From positions 15,035,037 to 15,099,036 of the forward strand of contig OZ316891.1 in NCBI GenBank assembly GCA_973895155.1: 64,000 nucleotides of DNA. Reading direction: 5' to 3'. Position 1 is the stretch's first letter; the number at the start of each line of letters is the position of its first letter. Of the stretch, positions 50,984 through 63,700 are shown in pieces. Position numbers and translations under genes: made by a program. This stretch comes from Marsupella aquatica (Eukaryota > Plantae > Marchantiophyta). The notes below the pieces were generated by a model. That model was not told where the DNA came from and did not search any database. It saw nothing but the letters and a program-made list of their open reading frames with translations.

Positions 50984-51679
50984 CTTTGTTTCCAGTTATA
51001 CTACCCTTCAACAATGACAATATTGAACAATCATGCCTATTGTCGGTAGAGCAAACACCTTCAAGCCATCTGAGGTTTCTCTTTGGCAGATTCTTCTAGA
51101 TCTCGAGCAAGTGCCCTATCAGTCTTCCCCGTCTGCGAAAGCTAGATCAACAATAGTTGATTTCCAACAATTCGTGCCGATCCCCCGGTGAGTACCCTAC
51201 GCCTACGTCTTGCCCTGGCCGCCAGTTCCAGAGACCTTCGTTAGCTTCTCGATATTCAGAATTCTGCTGCCTTGTACTCGTTCGCAGTCTAATACCCTGC
51301 TGCTTCCAGGCAGTTGGTCCCTGCACCATCACGACAATTCATCATTTCTGTAGAGAGTAGGTACAGTCAATAATCGTTAGTGGCAAAAACGATTCCGTCC
51401 AGAAAAATGAAACCCATTCTCTGGAAGGAGCACAATTTAATTCTCCAGCCTAAAGAAAAGCCAGACGCTCTCTCCCGACGGGCCACGTTGCATTTGGCGT
51501 CATGCAAGCCTTCCCCATCCACACCTTCTCTTATGGCGCAGATGCGGCCCCTTCTTCACAATCGATCTTCGCTCCTCCTCCCTCTTCCGACCTCCGACCT
51601 CCGACCTCCTGCGCCTCTTCTCGCTGCTAGAACATCAATAGAATTGTTTCTCCGTAAGCGAATTCGGAGCCCAGACGCA

Positions 51680-51978
51680 TCCTCTCCTCTCCTCTCCTCT
51701 CCTCTCCTCTCCTAATCACGAACACCTGTCAAAGGTTCATCTCTTCGACGTAGCTCGCCTCCTCTGTGCTTTGTTTGCAAAATCAGCAAAGATTGGTGTC
51801 CGCAGAATGCGCATGCCAAGCGGCGAAATCGGTCGCTCCCGTACGCAATCCCTGTACCTTACAGGGATTTCTTCGACTGTTCTACTGCTGTGCTGTGTAG
51901 ATGGGAGAGGCCCAGAGAAGACCCAGAGAAACGCTCTTTCGGTGCGTGCCTCCTCTCCTCTCCTCTCCTCTCCTCTCC
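51680..51978. repeat. two (CCTCT)n tracts near the presumed 5' end of the gene
   Basis: Tracts at 51680-51712 and ~51949-51978. Confidence 0.85.
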
Positions 51979-52160
51979 TGCCCCGCCTTAATAATATTGC
52001 CCTTGAAGGTTTTTCCCTTTGTATTTTTCAGGACTTTCTGGTAGAAAAATGCCCGGGCAAGATTTTGATCATCTACTGTAGTTGGGAAGATTCTCCTCTA
52101 GGCTAAGCCTATAGTAAATTTAGTAAAAGCAAAATCTCTTAGGCCTTGGCCCTTTATCAA

Positions 52161-52627
52161 GGCCCTGTTTCACTGAGCATTATGGGTAATATAGACCCTC
52201 AACACTCAAGGTGAGGGCCACTTTACAAGACTGGCATGGCAATTTAGTCCCTCTTTTTTCAGTAGAATCAATCACAGCTGTTGTTTCAGCCTGCCCGGGT
52301 GTTCCTTGCTTTAGAAGACTGGGGTGACAAGTTGAGCTGCGGGAACGACCAAACCTGCATTCTGGTATGGATCAGCTCAGGCTAGCCAGCTCGAGACTCT
52401 CATCCTGGCACTAGACTATCGGACCTCCGGAGGTGCGAAAATGGGCAAGCTACTTTCTTCTATGATTGCTGCCTTGGATTGGTCTAGAGTCCTACCGTAC
52501 ACAAAAAGTTGGGCTCGATCTGTTACAGCCCTGGTAGAAAGTACTCAAATTGTCGCACCCATCTTGTAAAGTGGCCCTGACATTCTTGTATTGGGGGGCT
52601 TTGTGTCTCACAATGCCCTCTAAACAG
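52161..52627. mobile_element. MITE with degenerate ~70-bp TIRs (PIF/Harbinger-like start)
   Basis: AGGGCCACTTTACAAGA (~52214) pairs with TCTTGTAAAGTGGCCCT (~52562). Outer ends GGCCCTGTTT and AAACAG. Confidence 0.55.
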
Positions 52628-52639
52628 AAGATTGCTATA

Positions 52640-52820
52640 TACATAGGTGTTTTCCACACATAATTTCTAGACCACTAAGCTACCATAGGTGTTTCCTTTT
52701 CGTGCGAGTTTTCACACTTAATTCCTCAGCCATTGCAGTACCGTAGGTGTTTTTCACATTTAATTTCTTGGCCATTACCCTACCATAGGTGTTTCCTTTC
52801 TGTGCTAATTTTTACAAATT
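52640..52820. repeat. degenerate tandem repeat
   Basis: TACCATAGGTGTTT recurs four times. Confidence 0.7.
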
Positions 52821-53582
52821 TTAGTTTCCAGATGAAGTGGCTTGCTAATGATATAAGGAGGTTTTCAGTAAGTTTTACTGATTATCCACCAAAATCAATG
52901 GTCCAGATCTGACCATACATGATCTAAGGATCATAGTTTGACCTTACAAACTTTTTGCTAAGCTGAGGCTTGCGTGAAACCATAAGTGCCACCTGACCAT
53001 GGTTACAAGGAACAAACGAGGGATCATTAGGTGGCTCAAAACATAATTATTTGTTGAAAATTTTTAATGTTTCTGAAACTTGGTGAAAATTTGAAACTGA
53101 AGCTGGATGGAACGACACCTTGTTTGTGCCCATCTCCATGGACCCTTTATTTTTATACCCAAAAGAGACATAAACAAGCTGCCATACAGATGGGAAGTAA
53201 TTGGCCTTTCGGTTAGATTACTTAGGATTAGGTTAGATTACTTAGGATTAATTTTCCGCCACGAGAGAATGTGCATTTAGGGTTGAAGCACCCAGCAAAT
53301 TATGGGAACCACTCCTGCGCCACTCAAGCCTGCTGTACATTTGAAAAGGAAAAATATTAACTTTGGTGTCGGACATAGGTGAACCTGATCTTTCCCTATG
53401 GGACTGTAGCTAACTGCTTATTCCTTATTCTGCTATGCTAAGGCCTGGTCCTAAATACCAATGGAATCAACTTGAGTGGGGCCTGCTATGCTAAGCAGCA
53501 TGCTACGGGCCTAGTTGCCTAACCTATGGCCATTTGTGAGGCCCATCTCTTGTTGCTAGTAGTCATCCCATTCTGGAAAAAG

Positions 53583-54420
53583 GGCCAATCCACTTTTCAA
53601 TGTTTTGTCTACTAAGAATTTTTGCCATCTAATTGTACTTTAATGTGCTTTAACAAGGTGCACCGCTTGTATAATTTAGAGTTTAGATCACGTTGGCACC
53701 CCTATCTAAGGTTTTTTTCATCTTCTTATGCGAGGGCTCTTATTCCCCACTACATTTAATTTTCAATATAGTGCATTCACTCCCTTTCACATATTTTATG
53801 GAATTTTTGTCAATTCTATTGCATGTGAGAGAGAATTGAAATTTGCAGTGTGGATTGCTTCTGCTTTAAGTACTCCTCAAACTTTTATTTGCTAAGCTTA
53901 TGGTTTGTATTGCCATTAACTAAGGCAAGTGAGAATCTGTACTTATGTGCACTAGTTTTAAGACTTGTGCACTTGTATTTTTCCTGGTCATTATCTAACA
54001 TGTAGTTTTATTTGACATGTGTTGTATTTTTCCTACTCAATAGTATCAAATATTAAGTAATCATTTACATGTCAGACAAAAAAATGAAGCATGTTCATGC
54101 TATGATGGCCAATCCACTTTTCAGCATTTTGTCTTACTAAGGAATTTTTGTCATATATTTTAGTCTAATGTGTCTTAACAAGGTGCACTACTTGCATAAT
54201 TTAGCTTTAGATTACTTTGGCACCCCTCCAAGGTTTTTTTTTATCTTCCTATGCTAAGGCTCTCTTTCCCTACTACATTTAGTTTTCAATATAGTGCATT
54301 CACCCTTTTTAACATATTTATGGAATTTCTGCCAATTTTAGTGAATGAGAGAGAGAATTGATACTTTGAGGTGTGGACTCCTCCTGCTTTAAGTACTCCT
54401 CAAAGTTTTTTTAAGCTTAT
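53583..54420. repeat. ~315-bp direct duplication (53583-53901, 54107-54420)
   Basis: GGCCAATCCACTTTTCA...TTAAGTACTCCTCAAA...TAAGCTTAT occurs twice, moderately diverged. Confidence 0.85.
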
Positions 54421-55619
54421 AGTTTACTTGAGGGTGCCAGTATTGGTCATGGACCAAAGACATGGGATGCAACACGATTTTGTCTACTGGCCAAGAAACA
54501 GGATGCACTAGAGTGATTTTGGCATGCCATTTTGAGCTATTATATCAACCCAGGACCTTCTTTTTCCTTCTTGTGAAAGGGGAAGGTTATTTTGTGTTCT
54601 GAAACCATGCACTTTATTGCACATCCACGAGTAAGTGCATTGAAATCATGAATTTTGAGTTGGGAAGTAAATTCTCGTGGGTACAGCAGAAGCTATTTCC
54701 AAATTGCTTAGAAAGGAATATTTCAAAATAAACAAAGAAGTAAATTCTACATACTATACTTGGGGACTAGACCAAGATGCTATAGACAAGGGGCGGGGCT
54801 GTTTGAGCACTCCTTGCGCAAGATATAGGCTTGTACAGTGACTACGTCTCTATCCATCCACTACAGTAACAGTTATCCACTATTCCTCAGCACATGAAAA
54901 GTATCACTTAGATTTCGTTTTCTCTCACATATTGCAAGGATATGTGAGGGGTATGGTTTTCTCAAACCCTCCCAAAAGGTTAGCAGTACCATGCCCGCAA
55001 ACAAAAAGAAAATCTTAATTTGCCAGGAACTATACAGACACACTGTCAGAGGCTAGTGACCTACTGTAGCTGACGAAGAGGTGCACGGATAATATATCTG
55101 TACATGCACACTAAATTGTGGACGGCTGTGAGTCCTCGCAATACCATTCTTCGCTGACGACAACTCCTATTTGCTGCATTTTATAACCCCAAAAAAACAA
55201 TCCCTCCACATCTACTCCAATGGCACTTAATAAGACTTGTCGCTTGCAAATGGAGGAGGGTTAGTCTTGGTGAACTTCAAACACCAACAGTCTACAGTAC
55301 CACTGCAGTTGGATTAGCACAGCAACGATAATGTCCTCGTCAGCTCCATGTGCTGTCTACGTGGCATTGAATATCCTTTCCGCTGGATGGTAAACTGAAC
55401 GTGGTGGATTCTCGTATTACCTCCAACATTTTGCGGTTTCTATTTTCCAAACTTTAATTACCAGAAAACTACTCCCAAGTAAGCTCGGACGGATTTCCAA
55501 AATGGGATCTCCACCCACACCTATATTAAATTCATATAATCCAAAAACGCTTTTCGTTGGAAAAAAATTAAGGTATTTGTTTTCTGAATTTGTCATCATC
55601 CTAGCTACAATCATGGTCA

Positions 55620-55921
55620 AAGATTGCATGCAAGCCTCAAATCCAACCCAGCCAACATAGGAGGTTGTTCTACTTTGGAGTATGCACCACTATAAGGTAG
55701 CCCACAAGGGGGGACAATATCCAGAGATCCAATAGGGACCAGACCAGGAGGGAGAGAGGTTAAATGAGGGCCCCAAAGTGGGCCAGCCAAGGGCTGAGGA
55801 GAAATCAGGACTCCCACCATTACACCCCAACCACACATAGACACCCTCTCGTGTGGAGGGGGGATTGAACCTGGGACCTCTCGGTTCTAGGCTCATCCTC
55901 ACCAAACCCAGCTGGTTCTCC
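55620..55921 (-). mobile_element. putative tRNA-derived SINE
   Basis: Minus-strand head with A-box-like TTTGGTGAGG and B-box GGTTCAATCCC, followed by a non-tRNA body. Confidence 0.5.
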
Positions 55922-56039
55922 CATCTAGAAAAAGGTTTGCAATGTATATTTCAAAAGCCCAGTTTCGGCTTTTTGGCTCCTTTGTTGCCGCCCTTGATTG
56001 GGACTTTCTTCTCAGGGATCATGTCCAGGTTGGGCGCCT

Positions 56040-57150
56040 TTTGTACTATTGCAATTTGATATAGACAAGTTTGATAAACTTGAAGGAAACAGCACATAAA
56101 AAAAACATAAATAATTTTATAGAAGGGGTCAAACAAAGTACAATGAAGAACGAACAGAAGATATATATCATAGTGTCAAAGAGCAAAAATGCCAAACCGA
56201 GAGACAGGGTCCCAAAGGCAAAGCAGCCCAATAATGGGGGGGGGGGAATAGGAAAGGGCCCCAAGAAGACCAGAAGGTCCAACAAGCCAAGGAGTTACCC
56301 TCAACAAAAGAAGTCCAAACTGGACAAACATCAAACTGAAATGAAGGGAGCAAAGGGGAACCACAAAGACCCAGAAAGAGGAAAGAAACAACAAGGAAAA
56401 TAAATACCAGTGCCTCAGTGTGAGGAGCTAAGGGTCCAAAACTAAGCCATATTGGGTTGAACTAATGGTCTATATCGAGCGTAGGGTCATAACTAAATCT
56501 GCAAGTGGGACCTGGAGGTCCTCAAAGGGGGCAAGCCTAAGGAAGGAGACCCACCAGGAGTAGTTTTCAACTGGCCTCAAGAGATCTAAGTATTGCCAAA
56601 AAAAATTGCAATATAGATTAAATCCAAGTGTATATCTCCCCAAATAATGCCCCATGTATTTTGCAGTAACATACTTTCCTTGGACAATTTCCCACCTATT
56701 TCTTGCCTTGAGATCATGGTAAACAAGACCTGTAGAACTACCAGCCAAGGCCAAAGGTTGAAGTGCATCACAGTAGCCTGAATAGTACCCTGTCATTTCC
56801 TACCTTTCCCAGCAACAGCTCAATTTACTACTTTCAAATCTTTGTTTCAACTTCCTATTCGTGTCATTGGCCTGACTAGCAATTCTTTGAATGTAAGTAG
56901 AGGTGAGGAGAAAGCATACCTTCCCCACTTCACACTTGTGTTCACATTCAATTGTTTTTCAATGACTTGCCCCCTATGTTGATTCAAGAGAACTAACTTC
57001 CTATTCTTGTGCAGATTTGTGAGACCATGGAAATCTGTTTCTTGGGGACTATGTATGGATATCCAACCCCATGAATTCATGGCTCACAATTGCATTTTTG
57101 GGCGACCACAACAATAATTGAAATCTTTTTAGTTACCAGGGAGAAAATTT
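56040..57150 (-). mobile_element. decayed LINE 3' end with T-rich tail
   Basis: Trp-rich broken frames like the LINE ORF2 C-terminus, followed by a pyrimidine-rich 3'UTR-like tract. Confidence 0.35.
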
Positions 57151-57916
57151 GCCACCATTTTCTCAGGTGGAGATGATTCATTTCCTGAATTAAAGGTATG
57201 TTGGAAACATGTGCATAGGAGGACTTAGCCCTAAGACCCCCTGCGGCTTAAGTATAGGCAAGGATGCACATGGGTAACTGTGCTACTGGAGGAAAGGAAA
57301 CCTGTATAATTCTGTCAAGGGCAAAGCATATTGAATTCTTTTTAATACAGAAACCATGGCCTGTGGCCCCTCTCTCTCCCCTTGCCTTATGGCCAGGCCA
57401 CATTGTCAGTGGGAGTTGACATGGCAGTGTGGATCCAGGGATGGGCCATGCATCTTTTCCTTGCTCAACATTATTCTCTCTCAGGGCATGCAATTCATCC
57501 TCAGGCCCTTAAACCATGCCTTGGGTTTGATCCTGGTCAGCCTCCACCATGCCCACACCTTGTTGATCCCATGGGCCTTGTCAAAACTCCTCCCCCTCAC
57601 CAGGCTTCTCTCCCGCTCTCTACCTTACCGTCCACGTTTCCCTCTCTGCCTCCAGCACCCTCCTTGCAATCCAAATGTGGATCCTGGTGCCTAGAGTCAA
57701 ACTGGACCTCCCCCTCCGCACCCACCATCTCTCCCACACCAATACACTCTGTCGGGCCTCTCCTTGCAATCAACCCTTGCCATGGACCAAGTCTAGATTC
57801 AGCAATATTATTCATTGGAATGTGATTTATGACACTTATACATTCCGTTGCCCGCAAAATTATGAGTCACAAAATCTTGTCGAAACCTCACTTTTGGGTG
57901 GGTATTGTAAAAAGCT

Positions 57917-57987
57917 TGCACCCACCATGGGTTTTGAATCCACAACCTCTGCTTCCTCACAATCATAGCTCAACTACCACTATGCCC
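57917..57987 (-). other. tRNA-like Pol III A/B-box relic
   Basis: GGCATAGTGGTAG...GAGGTTGTGGATTCAAAACCCATGG on the minus strand. Confidence 0.4.
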
Positions 57988-58344
57988 AAAGACTGCTGCT
58001 GACAAATGTGGATTCATTTTTGGTATTATCTTAATAACCCACACGCGGTCCAGGCAGTGGGTACGGAGAGTCATTTATGACTTTCTAGTGACCCGTAACC
58101 CTGAATAAATCTAGACTGTCCCCCACATACACCAACATACAACCTTAAATAACAACTCATCACATTGCATGACATCCCATCAGTTGTGATGAGTTTGAAT
58201 GTCAGAGCTACTGCCCCATCATTGCACCTCTAGAGGTGTCAATGATAGGCCGCAAACTAAGACATCATAATGTGGAGACCCTCAAACGGGCCTTCAAGTG
58301 TTGGGAGTATTGTTATATACATATACTAGCCTGATGCCCATGCG

Positions 58345-58960
58345 TTGCACAAAGATTTTGAGGTGAGAGCAAAATGTTGAGGAGAGGCAAAGATGTTGAG
58401 ACAAGGGCAAGATGTCAAGGAGACTGAGGGCAAGATTTTGAGGCGAGGCAAAGATTTCAACTGAGGTGCAGGCAAGATGTTGAGGTGAGGAAAAGGTAGG
58501 GACGTGAGAGAAATTAAGTTGCCCGGAAAAATGTCAAGGCAAGGGCAAGATGTCAAGGAGAGGCAAAGATAAGGAGGTGAGGTAAAGAAGTTGAGGTAAA
58601 AAAAAGATGTTGCCTCCAACGTCAAGCAAAAGCCTTACGGCCCAATCCAAAACGATTCTTGGGGCGTAGGCGGGTTGAACGATGCCAACTGCACCCCCTA
58701 AAATCATTCGGATTTGAATGGCAACCGAGAGAGAAAGAGATGTTGAGGTGAGGAAAAGAAGTCAAGGTGAGAAAAGGAGATTGAGGAGAGAAACAAAGGC
58801 AAGGTGAGAAAAAGATGTAAAGATGCGGAAAAGTTATCGAGGAGAGAAAAGATGTTGAGGATGACGAAAGATATTGTAGTGAGATAAAGATGTCAAAGTG
58901 AGCAAAAGGTAAGATGTTGAGTTGATCAAGGAAAAGATGTCAAGGAGGGAAAAGATGTCA
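58345..58960. repeat. purine-rich degenerate minisatellite
   Basis: Many copies of AAGATGT(TG/CA)AGG(T/A)GAG. Confidence 0.75.
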
Positions 58961-59038
58961 ACCCTAAACCCTAATCCCATGCTCTGGCCGCTACATTTTG
59001 GACCCCACATAGGGGACTTTACCAAAATAGTGTCACAA

Positions 59039-59104
59039 GCACTGCAGGGATTCGAACTCAGGACCTCCCAGGTGGGAGGCAGGGTATAGGCCATCAAGCT
59101 AAGG
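59039..59104 (-). other. tRNA-like Pol III A/B-box relic
   Basis: TAGCTTGATGG...GGAGGTCCTGAGTTCGAATCCC on the minus strand. Confidence 0.5.
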
Positions 59105-59571
59105 AAAATCTTTAAAAGACAAGGTTCATCAACTCTATATTAACTAATGGACTGCGCCTCAGCCGTGACCAATTCCTTGTTCTCCCGGCTCCGCCCCTCC
59201 TGTGACCGCTGCACGCACCCCGCCTTCTCTCTTGACACCCGACACTTTATCAGGCCAGGTGTCCCGTGCCCGTAAATTTGAATGTTAAATTTACTTCCCC
59301 AAGCAATCAGAAGCCCCCTTTTGTTTTCCAGTATTTTCTTCTTCATTTTGCATCATTTTATAGTGTGGATTTTTTTGGGACATAGATCTCAGCGAGATCT
59401 TCAACATGAGCCATAGATCGCTGAGTTTCATGCGCAAATGAGATTGTGGTGAAGCTTAGGTCAATCGGAGGGCTACAGATGGGCGCCCGTCCGCACTCGC
59501 AAATGTCGAGTTTCTTGAGTGAGTACTTGTATTACGAATTGTGGTTTAAAGCAAACAAATTTTACTAATCT

Positions 59572-60304
59572 GTCCCGCAAACTAAGCTAAATTACTAACC
59601 TACAACCAAAATTATTTCAATTGCTAGGTTGCCCCCCCATATTGTATACATTAATAGTTTTAGTTAACCTAGGGTGATTTCTCATTGGTGGACTGACATG
59701 TGGCAAGGCGCCATTGGCTCCACCTTACCCTGGCCGAGTTTACCCTCACCGGGCTAGCTCTTTCCCATTGTTTGAATGAGCCCTGCACCAAACAGGGCTG
59801 GCCCATCCCCCTCTCGAGTTCTAAATCCCGATGACCTAGCTCGAATCAGGTGGTAGGCTAAAATGTGGGTTTGTTTACACATGGAAAATATGTAGACTAT
59901 AGGGGCCTCTTCCTTCAGAAAAGTGGGAGTAGGGTGGATCATCGGGACCCAAGGATCATCAGGCCCCTATGGAGTGTGAGACCCCATTTTTGAAGGGAAT
60001 TTGCAGCACCCAGCTAGCAAGGTTGTCAGGATTGGGATCCCGGTTGGGATTGAAACTTGCGAGGGCGAGGGGGCAGCCCTGGTTGGTGCAAGGCTTGTTC
60101 AAAAAATGGGAAAGAGCTAGCTGGGTGAGGGTAAGCTCGGCCAGGGTAATGCGTAGCCAATAGCGCCTCGCCACGCATTAGTCCACCAATGAGAAATCAC
60201 CCTGGGTTAACTAAAACAGTTAACCATATATACAATGTGAGGGGCAACCTAACAATTAAAATAATTTTGGGGGTAGGTTAGTAATTTAGCTCACTTTGGG
60301 GGAC
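59572..60304. mobile_element. foldback element with ~260-bp inverted arms
   Basis: 59572-59830 is the diverged reverse complement of 60040-60304 (e.g. GGGTGATTTCTCATTGGTGGACT / AGTCCACCAATGAGAAATCACCC). Confidence 0.88.
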
Positions 60305-60309
60305 TTTGT

Positions 60310-60660
60310 TTTAATGACATCTTTTTACTTGCTGATATCGTGTACATAACGACTTCTTTGGCGACACAACTTCTGTTTTTAATGACATCTTTTACATAAC
60401 AACATAATTGGCAATACGACCCCGGACACCACCTCTATTTTCTTAATGACATCTTGGTCTGACATGACATTTTTTGTCTTAACTACATCTTGGCCCACAC
60501 CACATCTTTTTTTTCAATGACATTTTATCCAATAAGATATATTTTTTTCAATGATGTCTTGGGCAATATGATATTTTTTTTCTGTACAACATCCTGACAG
60601 GCATGACTTCTTTTGTGTAATGCACATCCTGACAGGCATGACTTCTTTTGTGTAATGCAC
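60310..60660. repeat. degenerate short tandem repeats
   Basis: Recurring TTTAATGACATCTT, and CATCCTGACAGGCATGACTTCTTTTGTGTAATGCAC twice. Confidence 0.65.
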
Positions 60661-61086
60661 TAGTATTGAGCTAGTAAAGGAATAAATCACAGAATTATTT
60701 ACGATCAGAAGGGGAAACGGAGGTGGAGGAGCGAGCACGCGTAATGCACAGCGGCGTTCCAATTGTGCCTACGGATAGGATGACTATGTTGTGGAGGTGC
60801 TCCAGAGTGGGTCGGAGCTCGTTCGCGATGGCTGTCTGTGTGTCCAGATGTTGGCTCGTGTCTACTCCTCCTTTCTGTTAGTTTGTAGCGAGTACACCCA
60901 CCTCATGGTGATGAAAATGGAATGAGTCGATCCGGTGAGGTGGAAGGAGCATTTTGATCACGGAAGGATTGCACGAATGCAACTTTTAAGCTGCAGATCG
61001 AAGTGTGTCGGTCAATTGTGGTCGAGAAAGTAGATGTTTCTGAAGCTTTTTCGGATTTTCAACCTTTGCGGTCGGTCTGTCAATTA

Positions 61087-61905
61087 ATGGCTGCTGCTCA
61101 GCAGCTCCGGGGCCCGTTAGCGGTCTGGCTAGGCAACACTCCCCGGGTTGGTACCTCGACCAAGCGAAATGCGTCTTCTGCATCCTCGGCCAGTGGTCGA
61201 CTTGAACGGCCGGTTTGTCATACGAGAGTGTCCTTCGATGCGAATTCGTTCTTTTCTGGGAGCCTTTCGGTGAGTTTTGCGAACGGTGCGACGCCATCAA
61301 GGTGTCTCGCGGAGTGCACGTCCAAAGGCGGTGTCGCCCGAGCAGCTGCACTTTTTCAATTCTTAGGGCGAAAGAGCGGAGACAAAGAGAAGATCAAATT
61401 TGAGCTGCAGACTGCAATATCTCCTCTATCTCGAGGCGCCAGTGCCACAGAGGAGGATATTGAGCGAGTAGATGAAATCGCTCGAGAGCTAGAGAAACTG
61501 AATCCGACGAAAGATCCGTTAAAGTCCCCCCTCCTTAATGGCAAGTGGAAACTCATCTACACTACGTCCGATTCAGTCCTGAAAAGGTCGAGACCAGCGA
61601 TTCTAAGACCAAATGGACCGATATACCAAGCTATCAACACTGACACGCTTAGGGCTCAGAACTTGGAGACATGGCCGTATTTCAACCAAGTGACGGCAAA
61701 CCTGGACCCTGTTAGTGGGAGCAAGGTTATTGTCAATTTTGATTTCTTCAAGATAGGAGGTTTGATAAGTGTCAAGGCACCTGGACGAGCACGGGGAGAG
61801 TTGGAAATCACTTACCTGGATGATGAGTTGCGGATTTCCCGAGGAGATCGGAACAACTTGTTTGTACTTGTCATGGATGATCCAGAGTACAAAGTTCCGG
61901 TCTAA
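61087..61905 (+). CDS. FBN3: plastid lipid-associated protein / fibrillin, FBN3 subfamily; CDS without introns (272 aa)
   Basis: First ATG at 61087, transit-peptide-like N-terminus, PAP_fibrillin motifs NPTKDPLKSPLLNGKWKLIYTTS, YQAIN.DTLRAQN.ETWP.FNQV, GELEITYLDDELRISRGD. Confidence 0.93.
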   Translation: MAAAQQLRGPLAVWLGNTPRVGTSTKRNASSASSASGRLERPVCHTRVSFDANSFFSGSLSVSFANGATPSRCLAECTSKGGVARAAALFQFLGRKSGDKEKIKFELQTAISPLSRGASATEEDIERVDEIARELEKLNPTKDPLKSPLLNGKWKLIYTTSDSVLKRSRPAILRPNGPIYQAINTDTLRAQNLETWPYFNQVTANLDPVSGSKVIVNFDFFKIGGLISVKAPGRARGELEITYLDDELRISRGDRNNLFVLVMDDPEYKVPV

Positions 61906-62989
61906 CCAAGTAAGTGGACTAAAAAACGTCGAATACTGTTAAATTTATGTGAATATGAAAGTTCGTTTGAATTTTGAACGAGGTGAAGGTAGCGCTCGCT
62001 CACTCGGAAGTTCGATGATTTTTGAATTTTTTCCTTTTTACTTGTGACCGTGGATGATTGAAGAGGAATGATTGAAGGACAGCCTCTGCCTCAAAACAGG
62101 AAACAACAGCCAGCTATTTCATGAGCACTACTGACCTTTCATGTGAATTGGGCATGTGGAGAGACAAGGTAGTGTATGTCTAGGGCTGTTCTCTTTGTGC
62201 AGTTGTTCTTCCTCTGTGCCCACTTTCCTGAAGCTGTTGTTTGTGGTTCTATCCAAAGTTTGCGTTATGTTGAAAGCTTGGAAACTTGCTACAGGTTATG
62301 GGTGCGTTTGATTGGTTAGATTTTGCAAGACATGTTCAAAAGTTTATACTGTACTGAACGTGAGCGTCTCTCACTTGTATCAAGCACCAATTTAAACGGA
62401 TACTTCACATTATCTTCTTTATTTCTGTTCTACGGTCAGCAGAGCCTATTGAATCTCGTGGTTTGTTCTTGGTCTTGTGGTACGAAGGACAACTCTTTTT
62501 AAATTTTCTGGCTTGGCGAAATTTCTCTCATGTTACTGAAATAGGATGTTGCATTCCTTTTTGGCAGAGTCTTCAGGTAGAATTTAGATGAGCTTTTCTA
62601 TCCGATCCTATACCAGGATCCTTGCCTAATGCTCAACGCATGGACGACAACGGGAAGTTCTTTCTAATAAACACAGAGGATTTGGCCGAGCCCATAGTCA
62701 GGGTTGGGATACCGCTCATCTACGCACTGAAGTATTTCTGTTGTTGCTAGCACTGTAGTCATTTGTTAGGCAATAGACTCACCCAATCCACGAATTTGCA
62801 GTTGTTGAACAACTCTGTACAAATAGGTGCAGTTGTTCGGAGTCAAGTCTATATGTTAATAAAAACACGAGATTATTCTTAGGCAAGACATAAGATGGTT
62901 TCTACTCGTGAGTGTCGTTTGAACCATAAGAGGATGCGTTTACGTCATTAATGCTACCTCAATCTGGGACACTAATAGTGTTTACTGCT

Positions 62990-63700
62990 GCAATAATTAC
63001 GTGAGTCCTTAATATTAGAGAACGCTCAAGGAAGATTTCGCCACTCTTGGTCCTTTGATAATGAACTTGAGATTTGGTCATGCACATTTCGTTCATTGTT
63101 AGCTTCATTTTTGCCTTCAAAATGAGTCACAGTTTACTCGACATGCCAAAATCCTCTTGAAGTTAGAAACTTGTTTGTAAGAAATTATCCGCATTACACA
63201 TCGAAACTCTTTTCCTAAGAGATCCGTCCCGGGCTGCATAAGTCGGAGGTGCTTGACCGGCCCCTGAACCTGAGCTGCTCGTATTGAGAAAGTAATTCTT
63301 AGTCAGTGCAACTTCTTCTGATCCGTTGGGTCAGAGTAGCAGTGTACATAATTAAGTGATTCAACTTGAATTTCAATTTAAGGCAACCTGCCATTTCGAG
63401 AATAATCGATTTAGGTTTGACGGTTCCAACCTATTTGTCCGTCAAAGTACGTTGCAAATGTTGTCAGTTCCTGGATTCCCGATGAAAGAGTTGGGCAGTG
63501 GCAGGAAGATTCACTCCGTTTGAAACTCCCACTAAAAGGTAAATCACGAGGATCCAATGGAAGGGAGGAGAGTCGGAAGTCCAAGTTGGAGTTGCTCGAC
63601 AAATAAATTATCAAATGATGCGCCGTTGGATCTGTTAGACGTTGTGGGATCCGTTCTCAAAAGATAGAAGGGAAAGAAGGGAGCTTTCTCTTGTTCACCC
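62990..63700 (-). pseudogene. decayed LRR (NLR-like) remnant
   Basis: Fragments LPSIGS, LPNSFIGN, LEMAGCLKL, LQEDFG, RNLP.AFSN scattered over several frames. Confidence 0.35.

Noticed and set aside
56071-56403. Lys-rich 110-aa ORF
   Set aside because: It is the antisense of a T-rich low-complexity tail with no domain features.
57248-57968. Several overlapping 80-150-aa ORFs
   Set aside because: C-rich repeat-like sequence open in multiple frames, with no recognisable motifs.
59039-59104. Functional tRNA gene
   Set aside because: A and B boxes are present, but I see no convincing acceptor stem or cloverleaf, so it is recorded as a relic.
61003-61086. N-terminal extension of fibrillin from a GTG start
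   Set aside because: A eukaryotic nuclear gene would most plausibly start at the first ATG (61087), which has good context (TTAATGGCT).
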